Assembly: GCF_009914755.1 (NCBI RefSeq)
Contig: NC_060936.1
DNA: 64,000 bases
Direction: 5' to 3' (one strand)
Origin: the human T2T-CHM13v2.0 reference genome, Homo sapiens
The notes under the pieces were generated by a model. The model made no database searches and was not told the origin of the DNA. It worked only from the letters and a program-made list of their open reading frames with translations. Made by a program: the position numbers and the translations under genes. Below, piece by piece: positions 57,809 through 64,000 of the stretch. Each line of letters begins with the position of its first letter. The first letter of the stretch is position 1.

Positions 57809-59194
57809 CCCGGCCAGGGATGTTAATGGCCTTGCTCAAGCTCGTGTGGCTAGTTGGTGGTGCCATCTGAACTAAAATCTAGGCCTCCCGAGTCAGCTGA
57901 CTCCCTGCACAGTGCTCTTGTCACTGTCCCATTGAGTTGTTCACAGGGCTGGGGTCACTCAGTCAGTGCTCAAAAAAGCTCTTATTTTAACTTTAATTGA
58001 ATACAAGCCTCAACAATAGGAGAGATGAGCCAAGTGCAATTATATGATAATAGCAAATGCCTTTTGCATCTTACAGCAGAATTTTGAAGGAATAGCTAAT
58101 GTGGTTCTGAATAAGTTTCCAGAGATGAAAGAAAAGGAAAAAACCTAAGTCTGGAAGTACTGTACAGTGAGTCTAACTAGCATTATTACTCAGCGCTCAA
58201 GTATTTGAACCTATTCAGGGATCTGCTCCTTCATACAGTTGCTTATTATTTGTGACTGGGGTGAGACTTGAAAGAGAGCATCAATTCTCCAGTCTGCTTT
58301 TGTTTAACAGGCAGTTCCATGTCTGTCTGACCACAGAACAGACACTGTTTGCTGTGGGCTGGTGAATGTTCACTTTCAAGAGCAGGGAGTAGATGGCCCT
58401 TCGTGGAAGTTTAATTATACAGAAGAGTTTGAAAAGGCCAAGTTTGTTACTTTGGGGCATGGGGAAACCTTCCTCTCTAGCAGATGTGAGGGGACCGAAG
58501 TGTCTCTTTTCAGCAGTTGTATTCTTCTTGCTGTGGACCTAAATTCGATCCTAAGTCATTCTTTGTATGTACATGGCAAATGAGAAGATGAACTATAGAC
58601 TGGAAAATAACCCTTTTTTGAGGAATTGTGGAGAAAATGTTACCCACCTGTCCCTCCTACCACCATGCAGTAAGTGTGGGCTACTTAATACTCTTGAAGC
58701 AAGAGTTTAGGTTTGGAGAGAAACTGCTCCTCTGATCTTCTCCTGGAAACCACAAGTGGAAGTTTGTGATTTTCTTCTCAGCTGCCCTGTCCCCTCTCCC
58801 TTGGGTTATGACAGGCCGTGTAACTTTATCTTTCTTAGGACTTATCTCTTTGATGAGGTCAGTAATCCTGCTTCACTTACGTCCCCTATACGTAAGATTG
58901 CCATAACCAAAGATGACATGCAGACTCTAAAGCATTTCCCGGAAAAAATGAGCTACAGATAGAAGTAAGGCTCGTAATTTAAAAAATCGAACCCCAGAGA
59001 ACAGCCTGTCTCTGAAGTTAACCATTCCCCCAGTACTTTCTCTTGTTTCCCTGGTGAAAGTGTGAATCTGGGTTGTGGCAGGGGAAGTTCTGGCACTGCT
59101 AAGAGGTGAGGAAGGAAGAGGGAGGGCCCAGAGCTGCCCACCTCACTTGCAGGTGTGGCCTGGAAGAGTGCCGGGGTCTCTAATGAAGAATCAA

Positions 59195-59994
<800 letters not shown>

Positions 59995-60289
59995 TTATTT
60001 CCAGACCATTTGTCTTTCCCAAACTGCCCTTGGCCATCAAATCAGACTCCTGCTAGAGTAAGCCTCATGGTAGTGTCTCTTGGCTCACCTCTGTGGTTTT
60101 GCTAATTATTTTCATGTATTGACCTGGGATCACAGACCAGGCACCCAAAGGGACAGAGGTGAGTTCTTTTTCTTTGGGCCTCTTTGGATACTCATAACCC
60201 AAGTCCCTGTGACAGGTTTTGGAAAAATGGCACATCTGAAGGATTGGATCCGTGGTGCATTTTGTAATTGCTGTATCCTCTTTTCTTTA

Positions 60290-60568
60290 AGGTCTTGCTG
60301 TGTCACCCATGCTGAACTACAGTGGCGTGATCATAGCTCACCGTAACCTCAAAGTCCTGGGCTCAAGTGATCCTCCTGCCTCAGCCTCTGGAGTAGCTAG
60401 GACTACAGGTGCACCACCTTGCCTGGCTACTTTTTTAAAAAACTTTTTGTGGAGACGAGGTCTTGCTTTGTTGCCCAGGTTGCTCTCAGAACTCCTGGGC
60501 TCAAGTGATCCTCCCACCTCGGCCTCCCAAACTGCTAGGATTATAGGCATGAACCACTGTGCCCAGCC
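60290..60568 (-). mobile_element. AluJ
   Basis: Antisense dimer with decayed tail. Confidence 0.92.
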
Positions 60569-63033
60569 ATTTTGTCCTCATTTTGACTTGAGATCTGGGA
60601 GATTTTAAAGATCCGTGTCATGAGTTCACTTGACTGGTGCTTTGCACTTTTGAGACCCGTCACTCTCCTGACTAATAGGTCTTGACGGCCACTAATGGCC
60701 AGCAATGGCTGGGAACAGCAGGACACTCTCACTTTGTACCTTTTGATCTGGTCTTTATTCAAAGTGGGGTGAACCCAGTAGGAGAGTTGTTGTTTTGGGG
60801 ATAAAGTCTGGGTGACAGATTCTTCAGGCTGGGTAAGTCTCCTGTTCTCCCCGACTTTGAGACCTGAATGACCTGATTTGGCTGACTACACCTCCAGTCC
60901 CCTGGACAACAGCCAGCTCCTTTGATTTTGTGCCATTTAGTCCTTCCCTTCATCTGCTGACGCTGATACTTTCGGGTGAGGTGGAAGGAGAGAGCATACC
61001 TGTTGGTGAGGTAAGAGTGTTTTCCTTCAGAGAACCAAAGAAACAAAGGCTCCCTTTCTGAATTTTGTGTTCTGCCTCTTTGCATTTCTGAGGCTCCTTG
61101 TGTCTGGCAGGGCTGTGAGTGAGGAGATGAGGGTGTGCTCCTCTGCAGGCAGAAGTCAGCTGTAGGTCAGATGTGGCTTTGGAACACAATGGAATCCAGG
61201 GGGAATGTTGGCGAGCACAGCAAGGCTGGGGTGATGATCCTCTAATCTTTTGCAGCGTGCTGTAAGAGTATCTTTAACTTTCGCCGAGACAGGCAGGGCA
61301 ATGAGCAAAAGGACCTCGGTGTTAGGTAACATCTCAAGTAGGGCACCTGGTAGTACACCTGTCTTGCATGTTCCCACCCTTCCCAACACTTTATCTTTTT
61401 GAAGCCATCTACCCTTAGAAAATGAACAAGGAGCCACTGACATAGACAGCAAGTATATTTACTTATCTTTTGGGTGCAAGGCAGTTTGCCCTGCTGGGAG
61501 AGATGTGGGATAAGGCCCCAGAGTGGAAAAAAACAAAAAACCTTAAAAATGCAAGAAGGAAGAAAGGTAGGTGAGCCAGCAGGTCCCACTGAAAGGCCTT
61601 GTTATTGCAGCAAAGAGGGAAGAGGTGGGCCCAGTGGCACAAATCACTAACATTCTTCTGACAGTCACTAGCCAGTTCTTCTGAGAATTTCTCTGTCTTG
61701 AAAAACTTGGTAAAATGGCCAAATGGAGCTTCTCCGAACTAGGGGGAATGCCTGTGTGTGCGTTCGTTGTTAGCCATCATGTTGAACAGTCTGATTTAAG
61801 GGAAAGTTGGTCTGTGTACATTTTCATTTCAGCTGTGGTCTTTGAAGGTTCACCATGGAGGAGGTGTGGGTGGATGAGAATAGAGTCTTCTGCCTCTTGG
61901 TTGGCTTATATGTAGGTTATAGGTGAATGTGAGTTCACAACCCCCAGCCTATTTCTTATTTGGGTGCACTTTTGGATGACTTGCAGGGCTGAGTTTGGGA
62001 AAACCCAGTTACTCTTCCTTTATGCACATATTTCTGCCAGACTAAATGCCAAATAGATAATTGGAAAGAATTTTCTTCGCAGCCCTGGTCCCCAAATTGG
62101 TGTCTGTGATTCTTCCTAGGGTCTCATATTATGAGAGTGCACTCCCTTTAATCTTTTGGGACCTCAAGTGGGGTCTGTGTGGACAAGATTGTGCTTCTTT
62201 GAGAAACTTCTTGCTGCACACCAGCCAGGGTAAGGCAAGAGTTAGTCCTGTTGGCTGGGTGGTTCTTGGGCAGTTGAGCATGCTTAGCACTTGAGAGGTT
62301 TCTGTTATACCATTTGCCAAAAGGGACATCTCTCCGCTGGTCCTAGTGCCCCAGGGCACAAATGGCAGGCTTTAGGAGAAAATGCACAATTTCAGGTTCA
62401 GTCTCTATCTGCATTTGTGTGCATGAATGGACTAATAATTGCAGTGCGTTGAACGATTTCTGCATACTCCAACACCTAGAAAGTAGCTTCCTGGATTAGG
62501 GAACGGTTCCTAGGTACAGCTACCAAAGGCTCAAGCTTAAGCACCAACACTGGAGGTTAGAATTAGCACGCTCTAGGGAGGACAGCGAGAGGGCAGCTGA
62601 CACAATGCCTTTATGGGCTATTTTTAGCTTTAGTCAGGCCTATCTGGAGTGGCTTGTGCTTTCTTGGGCACCGTCCTGCATTTATTCCAGGGTTTGTGCT
62701 TGTGACTCTGTTTGCATATATGCCACATGTATCGCATGCTCATGGGATGATAAATTGCAGAAATTATGGCATAATCTGTTTTCTAGCATATAGAGGAAAA
62801 GATTTCACAAAATCCAGCCTTGTTGTGGCGAAGAAACCTAACATATAGATGTAAAATATATCTCCTTGGAGGCCTGGCTTTGTGATGGGCTATGAACGGA
62901 TTGTTAAACAGCAATGTGAGGGGCTGTTAGCAAGCTGTTTCTAAGAGCATCTCCCTGGTCTGGTCTGAAAAGGTGATGTGTACATATTGTACATTTGAGA
63001 TAGTTTGCCTGTGGTGTTTATATGTTGGTAGGT

Positions 63034-63064
63034 TGTGTGTGTGTGTATGTGTGTGTGTGTGTGT
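63034..63064. repeat. (GT)n microsatellite, one interruption
   Basis: TGTGTG...TATGTG... Confidence 0.95.
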
Positions 63065-64000
63065 CTTGTCTGTCTTCAGTGGCGAACTGAAAAAATAAAG
63101 TGTTGTTTACGTGCTTCTATGTTAGTGTCTACATTCCAAACTGGGCAATATTTTTCTTTAAGCTGGCTTAAGTGAAGAGGTGTTTGGTCAGCCACAGGGT
63201 ATGAATCAACCAAACTTCAAAAAGCTTCAGTGTGTTTTTGATAACACTCTTAAGTATTTAATAGCTGCTTTAAGGATTTGTGCCTTAGTGTACTTGGATG
63301 AATAGGTAAATCACCTCCCCATCAGCAAACTAGCGTTTGGGTTCCCACGTTGGCAAAGCAGGGTTCCTGTTATGTGTCTGGTCATATTTGAACTTCTTTT
63401 CACATTCAGGTGACATAGTTGAACATCAGTCCGTGCCAGTTTCTGCTACTATTGGGTTTTTAATGGAAGAGAACTCTTTCTTGTTACTACGATGCCATGC
63501 TTCTGCTGTGTTAGCAGCTGCTGTATTGAAAAACAGGTGTCTCTTATAATCCTCTGACTGGATCAGTTTGCTAGCCTGGCAGAGTCTTATTGTTATTGTT
63601 TTTATTTATTTATTTTTGTCCCACATAAGTCAGAAACTGCCAAGAGATGTTGATGAGTGGGATTAGTATGAGAGGAGATGGCAGCTTTTCTTGGTGGAGG
63701 TTTCTGTTACAAGAATCTAAGAGTCTTATGAAGATAGGGCTAAATAAAACCAGGATACGAACCACAGGGGAGAACCGCCAAAAGAAGGGTAGTAAATGAA
63801 TGGTTCTGTCAAGTCACCTCTCTGTCATTCTTCAAAGGCCAACTTAAAGCCAGCACTGCCACAAAAGCCATCCAGGACTAAGGTTAGCGAACGGTGACCC
63901 TTGTTTGGTCCACGATGCACTAACAGACTCTTCCCCTTGTTGCTTCTTACTGCTACTGGAATGGAAGCTTTGGGAGGGCAGGTGTGCCATCTTTTCCAGC

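Overview
Human (primate) genomic DNA containing the 5' end of ETV6 (TEL, 12p13). It has a CpG-island promoter (~48.0-49.65 kb), exon 1 with the first 11 codons (MSETPAQCSIK, 49398-49430) and the first ~14.5 kb of intron 1, all on the + strand. The ~48 kb upstream is a dense stack of transposable elements. An old MER34-type ERV1 provirus (~8.2-23.5 kb) carries a two-LTR, internally deleted HERV-H/LTR7B provirus (9006-14535, minus strand), a MER41 LTR, an MST LTR, an L1 3' end and many Alus. Further right are an L1MA, an ERVL pol relic, THE1C, MLT2, MER1A, Tigger- and hAT-derived fragments; about 35 Alus lie across the window. Apart from the ETV6 5'UTR ORFs and decayed retroviral fragments, the ORF track is repeat-derived or random. 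I found no convincing new protein-coding system. The most notable unexplained structures are: (i) a ~62-bp ETS+TATA-like module repeated 2-3 times in the ETV6 promoter, alongside a splice acceptor inside exon 1; (ii) a layered uORF/G-quadruplex 5'UTR; (iii) a ~245-bp microhomology-flanked inverted templated duplication that preserves the empty site of a later AluY; (iv) a perfect 22-bp palindrome inside a dispersed duplication in intron 1; (v) a 37-bp duplication doubling a STAT motif. Repeat subfamily names come from recalled consensus sequences and the boundaries of old repeats are approximate.
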